A stretch of 52,623 nt of DNA, counting the filler, from Stramenopiles sp. TOSAG23-3 (taxonomy: Eukaryota): assembly GCA_900128585.1 (NCBI GenBank). It is 4 parts of 4 records of this genome, joined end to end, with 100 filler letters (N's around TTAATTAATTAA, not from the genome) between each part and the next. Parts side by side here need not be neighbours in the genome. Positions count along the whole stretch, not along the records: positions 1 to 24,141 come from LT642310.1; positions 24,242 to 48,380 come from LT642311.1; 2 more parts are not named here. One strand, 5' to 3'. How positions within the stretch are numbered: position 1 is the stretch's first letter; each line of letters opens with the position of its first letter. Made by a program: the position numbers and the translations under genes. Below the pieces are notes generated by a model. The model was not told the DNA's origin. It saw only the letters and a list, made by a program, of their open reading frames with translations, and ran no database searches. Positions 22,501 to 31,280 of this stretch are shown piece by piece.

Positions 22501-22867
22501 TGCCTTTTCGGGAGTGCCTGACTGGTCAGGTCGTAGAAGTAGCGCAACCGTTAAAATCAGGCAACAAATAAGCGATGATATTTTAAAAAAAGACAATGGG
22601 AAGGACGATTACGCGTCACATTTTTTTTCAAGTGAACATGTTCCATATGGAAATGTTGTCGACACAAGTGATTCTCGTAACCCTACTACGGAAAAGAAGG
22701 GCAATAAGAGGGGTCCCTCATACTCTCAGTTAAGGAACGAAGTAGAATGCTTGCGGTTGAAGCTGAAAGAAAAAACTTCGTTGGATGCTTTTGGGGACGA
22801 TACAACGACAAACGTGCGAACAAGGGCTCGTTCTGATGCGCGGAAAATATTAGAGGGTGATGTATGA
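16595..22867 (+). CDS. Unconventional myosin: motor domain + multiple IQ motifs + RCC1-repeat tail + low-complexity basic C-terminus
   Basis: P-loop GESGAGKT, switch I NNNSSRFGKY, switch II LLDIFGFE, PRFVRCIKSN. About 8-10 IQ-like motifs (IQASYR, IQAAFRG, LQAYIR, VQALWRG, IQRVVRG). About 6 RCC1 repeats (YSWGWGDRGQLG, FSWGSNRRGQLG, YSWGIGKWGQLG, YTWGWNCNGQLG). First ATG at 16595. Confidence 0.95.
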   Translation: MATKRTSKASKTGTLRKEHKVSLPNTMNTEYFQPGVKVWLENPYDEGTSAYRINHLSNSISTRPMYVPAIITEKLKHDSTVAVLTEWNPRLKVELAIESVWPMNDKGVSVDDMVDYTHLHEPAILSNIQARYNDKQIYTKAGEILIAMNPYQLVLDKQGIAIYDHYYMDLYREGGNVAMLNSMGHLQNRNDRPPHIFETANDAYRRIISDHKSQSIIISGESGAGKTETTKQIMQYVANLSSINSTGQSAPTDIASSRRRSASNRDSANAMNNSLEVPLIEKQLLQSNPILESFGNAKTLRNNNSSRFGKYMRIFFDRAGRIIGGSIKHFLLEKSRVSDQLQGERSYHFFYQLCRGVKGDLRKSLFLDSPESFDFLSKSGSHEITNSCMGGANSSDEADFYAVNEALSVIGLDENRIMQIYKIVSIVLHLGNLEFVEADDSHSLSGMSVSGVISSKKKNLEAVSELLGIDEKIIMESVTTKQTKAGGQVLISKIDKREASGAVSSLAKALYARLFSYIVKAINAGIKKTVTSELRTANDFDTNPKFVFLGLLDIFGFEVFTEGNGFEQLLINYANERLHNLFIKHVFRLEEVKFKQEGIDYSSVSFTDNQTVIDLIAKKPSGIFHQLCDACLFGKMSDETILEKMAQKFAKLKPSKSGINPASLFSLAHIRKRGCFIINHSANDVTYSIEGFSTKNKDFLKPQIQIILSEMSNLSVVKEIFEKDISKSTAATRSTLSGANVMLSLRFEENITKLIGLIEETIPRFVRCIKSNEYKRPFFFDTAKVYNQLQYLGVLDSVRIRHDGYSYQKRYRDFFEHFVIVIPAPKAQREFQLIQPAGADYRALSLKVMDIYWRWGKEYSENKSIFDIKRKPYYIQFGNTKLFMRKELSQALETLREIRLRKIEDAAVKIQASYRMHYISYKLEKVYSCTGKIQAAFRGIHYRKKWMKRKHAILEIQKWMKTILSRRLWVKQKKSVLKLQAYIRRCFGRLRFLRIRRGLRVLHGLSRGFIVRRHVLRMLQAVKIIQFSVRKYLKSMSLHWRKVRAALFVQALWRGMRLRQSREDIVEYLAVKRDDRAKIIAIVKLQGAWKTCLIKRKYRQIVECVSCINRFFQTTRLRRRFMKILSASRLIQRVVRGMITRFRIRKMKTIYEVADELWRLQVLREREALDLLKYQNITLNEYENLELTQRSPLPCYCVNIDTHTDSSEAYPSGWIKNYHLFLSSLLSANRRPMQICVGNSHTLCLDTVGDMYSWGWGDRGQLGHNQYKNEYAARKVASFLNTTDRSAWQGQKLSPLRVLSTQVAIKQMACGDDHSVVLSREGVVFSWGSNRRGQLGLGVASNSVASPTRVHSLRTRIGEVSCGAQHTVTLTLSGNVYVWGKGEQLGLGVCCPNAGDKNLPQSLKSLKRFRIRHISCGLFSTLVLAHKGDIYSWGIGKWGQLGHGNFKDRFVPCLIRHLKEDSPDYEKFESLSCGARHCVAASSKGRVYTWGWNCNGQLGHGHKHNINLPTMVISLEKESISQVGAGWRHTVVLSKSSEKLYIWGICSFNKNNKKKAHCKNDKMLNESTVPLAIPWNQGSYCTIKSVTVAWSRMLSVTYVNCTRNESKSGTHFTLLRQIEDTPEKKTGGCSKGILSTSGNAFISQQEKYKQNRRRHFTRTEKFLRKDLKNLSVAQLWDLVLDMQDTVPHKMKLIKTGTSKMHHTDYIFKHKSNDERTNTFRVEGMGWNKISSGVNLAGRAKERAWKQVFTANGNSRTQNAKIQTRNYTNVTDLIKFGDHGSNESKSTDQKIKLQNAGDVNMPTRKAGKGWRRGRNQREGFIAEGRMLEYFSPEELVATSNEDLSLGDVVAMRIARGVPPSLPKYYRRLQKNDLNAKAVGSTSLMSQKHRQLQLLNSAGTVRGLIGTGRDYFQKGKHRRDLHIKTLGKFSRKTQNAMNKKRDIVDVFRSQSQVKSSADSSSEMIAGTYQKSAFSGVPDWSGRRSSATVKIRQQISDDILKKDNGKDDYASHFFSSEHVPYGNVVDTSDSRNPTTEKKGNKRGPSYSQLRNEVECLRLKLKEKTSLDAFGDDTTTNVRTRARSDARKILEGDV

Positions 22868-24141
22868 GCAGTGTCAGATGTTGGCAACTACTATAGCGAC
22901 CAAGCACACCCCGTTTCAACTCTCTTCGGATCTAAGTCTTACAAAAACAATGTATTAAAACAGAGTGTGAGTATGAATTATGTCTGAACGTTGAGAGAAG
23001 GAAGTAGTTCGCATATAGTCATACCCAGTAAATTATCTGAACTTGGTCTCTGATCTCGTGCGAATAATATACGAGTACCGAAGATGGCCCCACTAGGAAG
23101 GATTTTAAAGTTTTCACCTAATGTCCAGCCGATCCAATAAAACATTCAGAACGGCTGCATGTTCACACAGGTAAGAGTTGTTGGCAGACACCAACTGGGA
23201 AGAATGTTTGATATGCGAATCTACATGTGTAAAGTTAGGTTAACAATTGAAGTATTTTAGGTGTGTACTTTTGAACTATCTTGTCCCACCACGGCTGCGC
23301 TCGCTGTCCTCCTTCGCTTTTTTGAGTACCGTTAAATAATTATTTTTTCGTTTTAAAATGTTCATCTCAGTTCCCCTTGCTATCTTTTTATTGTTGTATT
23401 TTATCTAATGTTATGTCTCTGTTACATCAGACGCCCGGTTAGCTGTGAGATCGACCTCCTAGAGGGAAGGGCTTGAGTTCGTATACGTTGTGCACAGTCG
23501 ATTATAATACTAAAAAAACACGGTGGGAAGACGATGGTGCAGCGTTTTATTCAGTCAGGAAAAGAATTAAAATATGTTCAGGTATTGTATGTACACATTT
23601 TTAATTTAGAGAGGGGGAAGGTAATTATAGAGTATCAATAAGCTACATGGCGGACATCTAAAAAACAATAGTCACTGTCTCAAACAATTTTATGATAGTT
23701 TGAATGATGAATACCAGAAGTTTTATTCTCTTTTTTCTTTTCTTTTTTGACTTAGATACTATATAATTTGTTTTTTCAATAAGCTACATGAAATTCGATT
23801 GGAATTGCTGTTAATGGGTATAATTGAAACCATTAATAAAGGGGTGGGTCGTTTTAAGGTCTTCCGCAATTTGATACTATATTAACTCTATCTATTACAA
23901 ATTTATTTAACTTGTAAGTACTTAACTCTCAATTATGATTAACAATCTCTCCCCATCACAGTATCTATCTATACAAATTAGTACATAAAATAGTTTCTTC
24001 CTATGAAAATAAATTACACTATAAGGAGAAAAAAGAAGCAATAATTCATATGAGAAGATGGGAATCATATTTTCATACTATTATGTATACATATTGTATT
24101 AGTGCCAATTAGGATATAATTAATAAAAATCATGGCTCGTT

Positions 24142-24241
24142 NNNNNNNNNNNNNNNNNNNNNNNNNNNNNNNNNNNNNNNNNNNNTTAATTAATTAANNN
24201 NNNNNNNNNNNNNNNNNNNNNNNNNNNNNNNNNNNNNNNNN
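24142..24241. other. Artificial contig-concatenation linker N44-TTAATTAATTAA-N44
   Basis: Exactly 100 nt, with stop codons in all six frames at the centre. Confidence 0.98.
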
Positions 24242-24489
24242 AACGATCAAACTCAATACCGATCATTATTTCATTGAGCAGTACCACAGACAACGAGCCC
24301 CTTTAAAACATTTATGCCGCCAATTTTCTTGTTTTTAAATCATGTGTGTGTATCTATCGGTGCTCTCAAAACAAGACGACGACGTCGTCCCACGCTACTA
24401 AAACTATATATTTTTTTTTCTTTCTAAAAACGTAAGAATTCTTATCCTAATTCTACACACGGGATGAAGCCAGCTCTCGGCCGTCAATT

Positions 24490-27400
24490 TTACAGCTCGG
24501 GCGGTGGAGGAGGGGGCAACGCACCCATCGAAAGGCGCGGTGGTGGAGGTGGCGGTAGAAGCTCCGCGAACATTCCTTTATCGTGTACCTTTTCGTCCTG
24601 TAGCTCTTTCTTTTCGATCTCTAATTCTTTAACTTTTTGTTTCAATTTTTGCACCTCGCTGTTCAGGATTCCTATTTTTTGCGTTCTGACATCTGCCCAC
24701 GTGGTCGCTGTTTCAATAGCCTGGAACGAGCGATTGAAGCGGTACAAGTATGGCCAAATGCCCAGCTGAAACATGTGTGTTCGAGGCTCCAACGTACCTG
24801 GGCGCTTGACGTAATTTAAATTTTTAAACTTGTCCTGCCGGCGAAACGCATAGTCCCAGAAACTTGACGATTCCGCCACAGAATCGCACTTTCTACGCTG
24901 GCAATCGAAATCGAAAAGAAACGTGGAAAACCTGCATGAGTACACCGAGTCCATCATTGCCTCCAGAAAACCGTCGTTGAACTCGAAACTGCAAGGATAC
25001 TGCCTCGTAATTTGCCACACGCTGTCCACAAACTGGAGGAATACGGGAGATCGCTGGTCGTCCTTGTAGTTCCTGTCACCCTGCCCGCTCCTTCGCGCCA
25101 CCTGATGCCCAAACCCAAGAAAGTCTTTCTCGATCAACGTTGCAAATCCAGCGATGGTACGAAAGTATGGGTCCAGTATCAATTGGGCCAGAGCGCACAT
25201 TTGGGCCGTCCGATCCCACCCATCGCTGCAGTGAACCAGGCACGTCTCATTGTCTTCGTGCAAGCAATGCGCCACCTTCAAGGACGCGATCAGGATTTGG
25301 CGAATGTGGCGCAGCCACTTGCAATTCTCCAAGTTCGAGAAAAAGTTTGTATCCCCCTTGTCTCGATACATTATGTCCATCAGCTTTTCCAAACTGTTTC
25401 GCACCGCGTGGATGTTCTCTATGTCGTTGAAGATCAACTGAACTCCACTGTAATTGGACATTTTTTCAAACCCCTTCCCCATCATAGTGTTGCCCATGGC
25501 CGAAGCTTTCGGTCGAGCGTCGAATATGTAGCTAATGCCCGCTTCCTGGAAGTACAACTCGTCGTCACGGGAGCGCTTCTGGAAGACCCCAACCATTGGC
25601 TGGGCGCACCGCAACAGTGCGGCGCCGTTCTTGTGGCAATAGGTGAGCACGGGCAAGCGATGTTTGCTGCGGTACTCCGCAACGTTCACCAAACAGTCGT
25701 CTTCAATGGTGAAGGGGACTAGAAGCACTTGCGGGTACGTTTCACAGAGCGCGTAATCTTCGTTCAACTGCGTAGTTCGCCACCGTGATTGCAGCACCGC
25801 TCCCCGTGACGCCTTTATGTTGGGTTCCGATAAGGCCTGGTTTCGCCCTCCCAGATATTCAAGCTCTTTCGCCGGCATTTCCGACATAGACATAGAAGCT
25901 GCCCCATTTAAAGCCCCTTGGCGTCGAAACTCTTCGGTCGGATCGTACGAAAACCCACCGTCGGACGTTATGGTCATATCCTTGTGGCCAAAGGTAAAAT
26001 AATTTTCGGAGAAAAATTGCGCTGAATCCATCCCGAAGGGGAGCTCGAGCAGGCTGTCCATTTTAGGGAACGGCTGGAAGGCGTAGCGGTCACACAACAG
26101 GAAAAACGCATCAATGAACGAGGAGTCGCTTGAGAAACTATAAGAGCAAAAAGTAATGGTGCGAAAGTCTTTTGTCACTATAGACAGGGAACCCGTCTTA
26201 TCGTCGCGCTCAACGCGTTCTATTAGACGAACAGGAATTTCGAAAAATTTCTGTATAAACTGATCCTCCAGGACCCTGTCCTCCCATGCTTCAAAAAACA
26301 AACAAAAGTTCGACAGGAGGAGCGTGCCGGGGAGATTTTCCAGCGACAAGTCGGGCACAGTAGACTCTATCCGAATTTTTAATTTCCAAACGAGCCTTTC
26401 ATTGGATAATAAAAGACGCGACAGCTCCCGCTTTCGTGGTACAACAACACTACCCCGTTTCGACTTGACCCGTCCCGACTTCTGCGCCGGACGGCCTGCA
26501 CCCGTTTTTCCCGCCCTCTCATCGATGTTTTCACTGTCTAAATTCCCAATGCCTCCTCCCGCTTGCACAATGCCTTTCAAAAGTGCAGACCTCACGTTTT
26601 TATGGTTCCCAGTGCTGCTGTCCGCCGAAGGACCACTATTCTCTGCCCCCACAAGAAACTTACGCACACCCAGAGCAGACTTTCGCCGTTGGGATTTTAG
26701 TTCACGGGCGACTTGGTGGTCCTTCAATTTCTTCGACTCCGAATTTACGTGCTTCCAGTCTATACCAAAGGCATCTTCCGAGCCGTCGCCATCGCCGGTC
26801 GACAAAAGTTCGGAGAACTCCCCAACCTCTAAATTGTGAATCGCAAGAACGTGCTCCAGTACAGACGATTGCAGCTCTTCCTCCAAAAATACCCATGACA
26901 TGCAGGTCCTCAAAACACCCAGGGCCTGGACCATGACTTCGTCCGTGTCACCATTTATGATGTCACTGAAATCTATCAACAAGCCAAGGTCTCTAAGCAG
27001 CTCTTTTGGATTTTCGTACGCCACGGAGAATACGTGCTCCCAGAATGTCAGGGTTTTGAATAGAGAATGGCTCCTAATATTGTACAGCAGCGACTGCTTT
27101 ACTGTGTCGTCGCCACCCATGATATTCTTGGTGGCCATCGCGAAGGCCAACACAAGCCTTGCGGCATAAAAATCGTCCGCGTTCAAGGACGTGCGTAAAA
27201 TAGCGTTCGTAACGTCAACCAAGTACTCAAAAGTAGTCGGTAACACTAGCAGCGGCAGTTCTGGTGCGTTCTGGGCCCTTTCCAACAGCATGGTACAAAT
27301 TGAGGCGCGGAGGTGCTTCTTCTTCATCGACAGCACGACGAACATAAGCGACTCGTCCGTGGGCGGCGGCGACTCGAACAAACAGTCCAGAAACTGTAAT

Positions 27401-27567
27401 AGACTATCTGTGGGGCCGCTATCTTTTGGACCGGTTCTCTGTTTACTGCTTGCGAGAGGACTTGCTGAGGGCCTCGCAGCTTTGGAAGGTTGCTTAAAGG
27501 GCATGGAGTTGGATACCCTACGGGTAGTGGCCCTCATCGAGGCTGATATTGCACGTACTCGCCTCAT
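24490..27567 (-). CDS. Myotubularin-family phosphoinositide 3-phosphatase with SBF2-like, PH-GRAM, phosphatase, coiled-coil and poly-Pro regions
   Basis: Catalytic loop VHCSDGWDRTAQ, plus YRSKHRLPVL, IFDARP, IENIHAVRNS, LDPYFRTIAGF and SPVFLQFVDSVWQ. PH-GRAM (GTLLLSNFCLFF...IVTKDFRTITF). First in-frame ATG at 27567; the frame is open to 27615. Confidence 0.92.
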   Translation of the reverse strand: MRRVRAISASMRATTRRVSNSMPFKQPSKAARPSASPLASSKQRTGPKDSGPTDSLLQFLDCLFESPPPTDESLMFVVLSMKKKHLRASICTMLLERAQNAPELPLLVLPTTFEYLVDVTNAILRTSLNADDFYAARLVLAFAMATKNIMGGDDTVKQSLLYNIRSHSLFKTLTFWEHVFSVAYENPKELLRDLGLLIDFSDIINGDTDEVMVQALGVLRTCMSWVFLEEELQSSVLEHVLAIHNLEVGEFSELLSTGDGDGSEDAFGIDWKHVNSESKKLKDHQVARELKSQRRKSALGVRKFLVGAENSGPSADSSTGNHKNVRSALLKGIVQAGGGIGNLDSENIDERAGKTGAGRPAQKSGRVKSKRGSVVVPRKRELSRLLLSNERLVWKLKIRIESTVPDLSLENLPGTLLLSNFCLFFEAWEDRVLEDQFIQKFFEIPVRLIERVERDDKTGSLSIVTKDFRTITFCSYSFSSDSSFIDAFFLLCDRYAFQPFPKMDSLLELPFGMDSAQFFSENYFTFGHKDMTITSDGGFSYDPTEEFRRQGALNGAASMSMSEMPAKELEYLGGRNQALSEPNIKASRGAVLQSRWRTTQLNEDYALCETYPQVLLVPFTIEDDCLVNVAEYRSKHRLPVLTYCHKNGAALLRCAQPMVGVFQKRSRDDELYFQEAGISYIFDARPKASAMGNTMMGKGFEKMSNYSGVQLIFNDIENIHAVRNSLEKLMDIMYRDKGDTNFFSNLENCKWLRHIRQILIASLKVAHCLHEDNETCLVHCSDGWDRTAQMCALAQLILDPYFRTIAGFATLIEKDFLGFGHQVARRSGQGDRNYKDDQRSPVFLQFVDSVWQITRQYPCSFEFNDGFLEAMMDSVYSCRFSTFLFDFDCQRRKCDSVAESSSFWDYAFRRQDKFKNLNYVKRPGTLEPRTHMFQLGIWPYLYRFNRSFQAIETATTWADVRTQKIGILNSEVQKLKQKVKELEIEKKELQDEKVHDKGMFAELLPPPPPPRLSMGALPPPPPPEL

Positions 27568-28122
27568 TCTTACAAGAAACTCAGCCGTCCGTCGTGTGGA
27601 CTTATCTTGCACCACACTTCAACGTAGTACAAACAGGGGGGGTCTAAAATCAAAAGTTTCCTTCCTCTACGCTCTCTACACACTGTCTTTCCACCACCAA
27701 TACAAATGTTATACGTATGTATCTCAATTTTTGTTCTCTGCTAATTTACTTTCTTTTATTCAAGCATTTGCATGAATTGAAGTCGGTCAGTAGAGCAACC
27801 ATGTGTGATGCATTTCAGATTTTATTGATCGATAAAATGATAAAATTATTATTATTAAGCTCACGCACTCTTCTTCACTCTCTACGCGTACTATTATATT
27901 ATTATTTATATATAGATTACAATACTTAAGCACAATTATTCTTCTTCTTCTTTTTTTTTTACAATAATATTTTTTATTATATTCTTCGACGATTAATATT
28001 TTAATGGGATTATTTTTATTTATATCCTCGTATATCGTATAGTCGTCTTAATATTAATACAATAATACAGTACTAAAAGTAGACCAATGATGAAATGTTT
28101 TAACTATTAAACTATTAATATA

Positions 28123-28382
28123 TAGATTTATTATAATTATACAATTTATTCTCCTATATGTCTTTTCTTCAACTTGAACTCCTCTCAAAGCTCAGAGGCT
28201 CAGAGGCTCAGAGCTCAGAGCTCATACATTGCATTGGAATGGCAATACGAGGGCATTCCGTTGTTGTTGTGTTTCTATATTGTAATATACTAGATTTATT
28301 ATAAGTATTATTTATTCTCCTATATATATCTTTTCTTCAACTTGGACTCCTCAGCTCAATAGAGCTCAGAGCTCAGAGCTCA
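28123..28382 (+). repeat. Direct repeat (about 100 bp x2) ending in (GAGCTCA)n arrays
   Basis: 28123-28224 and 28291-28382 share tagatttattataa...tttattctcctatat...tcttttcttcaacttgractcctc...gctcagagctcagagctca. Confidence 0.85.
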
Positions 28383-29016
28383 CCTCGTACGACTCGTGAT
28401 CATAGTCTACGAACCATATGGCTTCCGCCTTCCGCCAGCAGTGGTGCGGTCAAAGGTGAAAAAAAGCTAGTCGTCTATTTAAGCTTACGAGGAGTATATT
28501 TGTTACAATACGCGTAGTCCACTTACTGATTTTTAGTTCAAGTATAATATTCGCAGGCGGTACATTTCGACCTGCCTCTCTCTCTCTCTCTCTCGTTGTT
28601 CTGCATCATTGGTGGTCCTCCTCCTCACTTTTTGCATTACATTAAAATCCTCCCAGAAGAGCCCGGTTGTTTGTGTTTGTGTTTTGCCTTTCTCCCTCTT
28701 TCGTATTTTATTATATTGTCCATTACGAGTATGAATACTCCTCGTAGTCTACGAGGTGCTTTTGGTGTCAATGTCATTGTTAATTATATAGTCTGCATTG
28801 CATTATAAAATCTAATAAAACGGTAGACGACTACCAAGAACCAATTTCAGTTAAATTATTTCATTGTTGCAAGAACAACAAACGACTTCTTTTGTTGCTT
28901 CCCCCATTTTTAGAAGACCTAATTAAATAGTACAAATGCCAATTGAGACTATAAGAGTCCTGTACTAATCCGTTATTAATTACGTTAGTTATTATTTCAG
29001 TAGCGGTGGTGCCGGT

Positions 29017-29075
29017 ACCTACCTACCTACCTACCTATTAATACCTTGCCTTCCTACCTTACCTACCTACCTACC
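29017..29075 (+). repeat. (TACC)n microsatellite
   Basis: Two runs of tacctacctacc. Confidence 0.8.
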
Positions 29076-29281
29076 ATAAGCAAGAAGAACAGCTGCATTA
29101 TTGCCCAACAGACTATTCTGTGTTCAATGAAACTGTTCTGTAGGGTAGTGGCAACCCGTGTCTTGGTCAGATGAAATGAGAGCTCAATAAATGATAAATC
29201 TGCGCGTGTTTCTCCCCACTTAAAATCTTGTTCCGTTCAGGCACATTAGTCTCACCACAAATACAACCACAGTGAAGCACC

Positions 29282-30961
29282 ATGAACGAGACGAAGTTGA
29301 TAGCAGAGAAGAACAAAGTCATGGACGACTTGGCGTCCCAACGGGCCATTATTGAGAGGCTTCGGAACGACAATAGATCATTGGAGCAGGAGCTTTCGCT
29401 GGAGAAACACATGACTGCGCTCGCTACGAGCGAGTCGGCGGTAAAAGAAATCGAAAAATTGCAGAGCATTGGGGACACATTCGCTAGAAGAATACAGATG
29501 GAGAAGAGACGGATAGAGGAACTTGACACCAAGATCGAGGACGCCCAGAAGAAAGTCCTCTCGCAACGCAGCAAGGTCGGCGGCGTGAACGCGTCGAAGG
29601 AAAACAACAACATTATTAGCAAGCAAATTCGAATATTGGAGAGAAGGCTGGACTTGGCGCTGACAAAGTACAATGATACCTTGGCAAACAACAAGGGTTT
29701 GCGATCCAAGGTGGACGAACTGCGAAAGGAGCGTGTCATCTTTGATGGTATATATAAAAAGCTGGAAAAAGAAATGCATGAAAAGAAAAAGAATATTGAC
29801 CAGCTTGTGGACGAGGCCAACCGCGCGTACCAGTCCAGGGACGAAGCCAAGGAGGACCTGCGTGTTTTAAATAAGAAGGCGCACGATGCCCGTACCCGCT
29901 TTGAGCGCGAATGGAAGGCTGCTGGCGCAATGATCGATTCGGACAGGAAGGGAATGGTGAACGAGAAGCAGAAGCTGGCCACTGCGGCCAATTTTATGGC
30001 GAACAAGAAAAACTTGTCCGCGGCCGAAGAAGAAAAAATGAAGAAGAAAATCGCTAGGGGGGCCTGGAACATTGGGAAAGACAAGGCCGCCCTGACGCTC
30101 TCGCAGGAGAAAGTTGAGTCCTACGAAGTGGCATTTTCTAAAATCCAGGCTGCGACAGGAATCCAAGATATTGACGAGCTAGTTGACAAGTTCATCAAAG
30201 CCGAGGACAAAAATTTTGCAATGTTTACCCACGTCAACAAGCTGGCCGCGGAGGCCGACAACATGGAGCAGTCGATCGGTGATATCAAGGCGGAGATAGA
30301 GAAGTACAAAGGCAAGTCCAACAACACAGAAAATCAAAGAAAGCGGATATTGAAGAGCTTGGAGGCCAAATTAGAAAAGGCAGAATCAAAGGCGGAGCAC
30401 TACGATTCCCGCTACAAGGAGGCGATGAGCGTGGTTACCCTGTTAAAGAAAGGGATCGAAGGCCTGTTCTCCCGCATCGGGTGTTACACGGAAGGGTTTG
30501 CCGAAATGCTGGGCAACCAAGGCGTTACGGACTCGAACATAATGCAGTATTTGGGGATCATCGAGCAGCGCACGAATGAAATTTTGCAGATGTTCCATGC
30601 CGCTAAGAAAACAGGAAGCGCAAAGCAAGTCCGGGCGATCGCGGGGTCCCCGACCAACGCTTTGACGGCCGTGGATGAATCGGCCGTGCGCAGCGTGAAC
30701 GCAAACGCGCAGGGCAGGAAGGTGGCGGACACGACAAAGATATTGGCCGACGGTCCGAAAATTTCAGTGTCCCCAAAGCCGATAGAAGTGCGACCGCCTG
30801 GGGTTGAGTTTTTCGGGGAAGAAAATGGCGGGGGGTTCGACGAGAGGCCTTTGCCGCTGGGCGAGTTGCAGCGGAAGACCAAATCCATTCTACGCGAAGG
30901 CAGCGGATCTCCCCACAGTGGGGCGAAAGCGCGAGGCGGGGCCCTGTCTCAAACTCGATAA
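29282..30961 (+). CDS. ODAD1: Outer dynein arm docking complex subunit (ODA-DC2/ODA1, CCDC114/CCDC63 family)
   Basis: Coiled coil with family motifs KQIRILERRLDLALTKYN...NKGLRSKVDELRKER, FIKAEDKNFAMFTHVN and GVTDSNIMQYLGIIEQRTNE. Confidence 0.88.
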   Translation: MNETKLIAEKNKVMDDLASQRAIIERLRNDNRSLEQELSLEKHMTALATSESAVKEIEKLQSIGDTFARRIQMEKRRIEELDTKIEDAQKKVLSQRSKVGGVNASKENNNIISKQIRILERRLDLALTKYNDTLANNKGLRSKVDELRKERVIFDGIYKKLEKEMHEKKKNIDQLVDEANRAYQSRDEAKEDLRVLNKKAHDARTRFEREWKAAGAMIDSDRKGMVNEKQKLATAANFMANKKNLSAAEEEKMKKKIARGAWNIGKDKAALTLSQEKVESYEVAFSKIQAATGIQDIDELVDKFIKAEDKNFAMFTHVNKLAAEADNMEQSIGDIKAEIEKYKGKSNNTENQRKRILKSLEAKLEKAESKAEHYDSRYKEAMSVVTLLKKGIEGLFSRIGCYTEGFAEMLGNQGVTDSNIMQYLGIIEQRTNEILQMFHAAKKTGSAKQVRAIAGSPTNALTAVDESAVRSVNANAQGRKVADTTKILADGPKISVSPKPIEVRPPGVEFFGEENGGGFDERPLPLGELQRKTKSILREGSGSPHSGAKARGGALSQTR

Positions 30962-31280
30962 ATAGCAGGATGGGCAGAAGATGTAATAAAACAAGAAAAT
31001 TGGCTAATAAAACATAAATAGAAAAGCAGTAAAAAGAGGGGATAAATGTGAAAATCCGTAAATGTTAAGAATTAAGAAATACGAAATTTTAAAAAGATTT
31101 TCTTATATTTTTACATGAGCCAATTTTCTTGTTAAAAAAAACTTAAAGCATCCCTCTTTAATAATCTTTACGATCTTACCGTATTTTATGTTTTTCAGAA
31201 AAAATTACCCCACCGTACGCGCACGCCTTTTTCACGTTCGCGCCGCGTACGCTGGCTGGTTCGAAATAGCTTTGCACCTC

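Noticed and set aside
23433-23485. tRNA-like sequence (GCCCGGTTAGCT...GAGTTCG)
   Set aside because: No acceptor-stem pairing, D arm or anticodon arm can be built; at most a degenerate tRNA-derived fragment.
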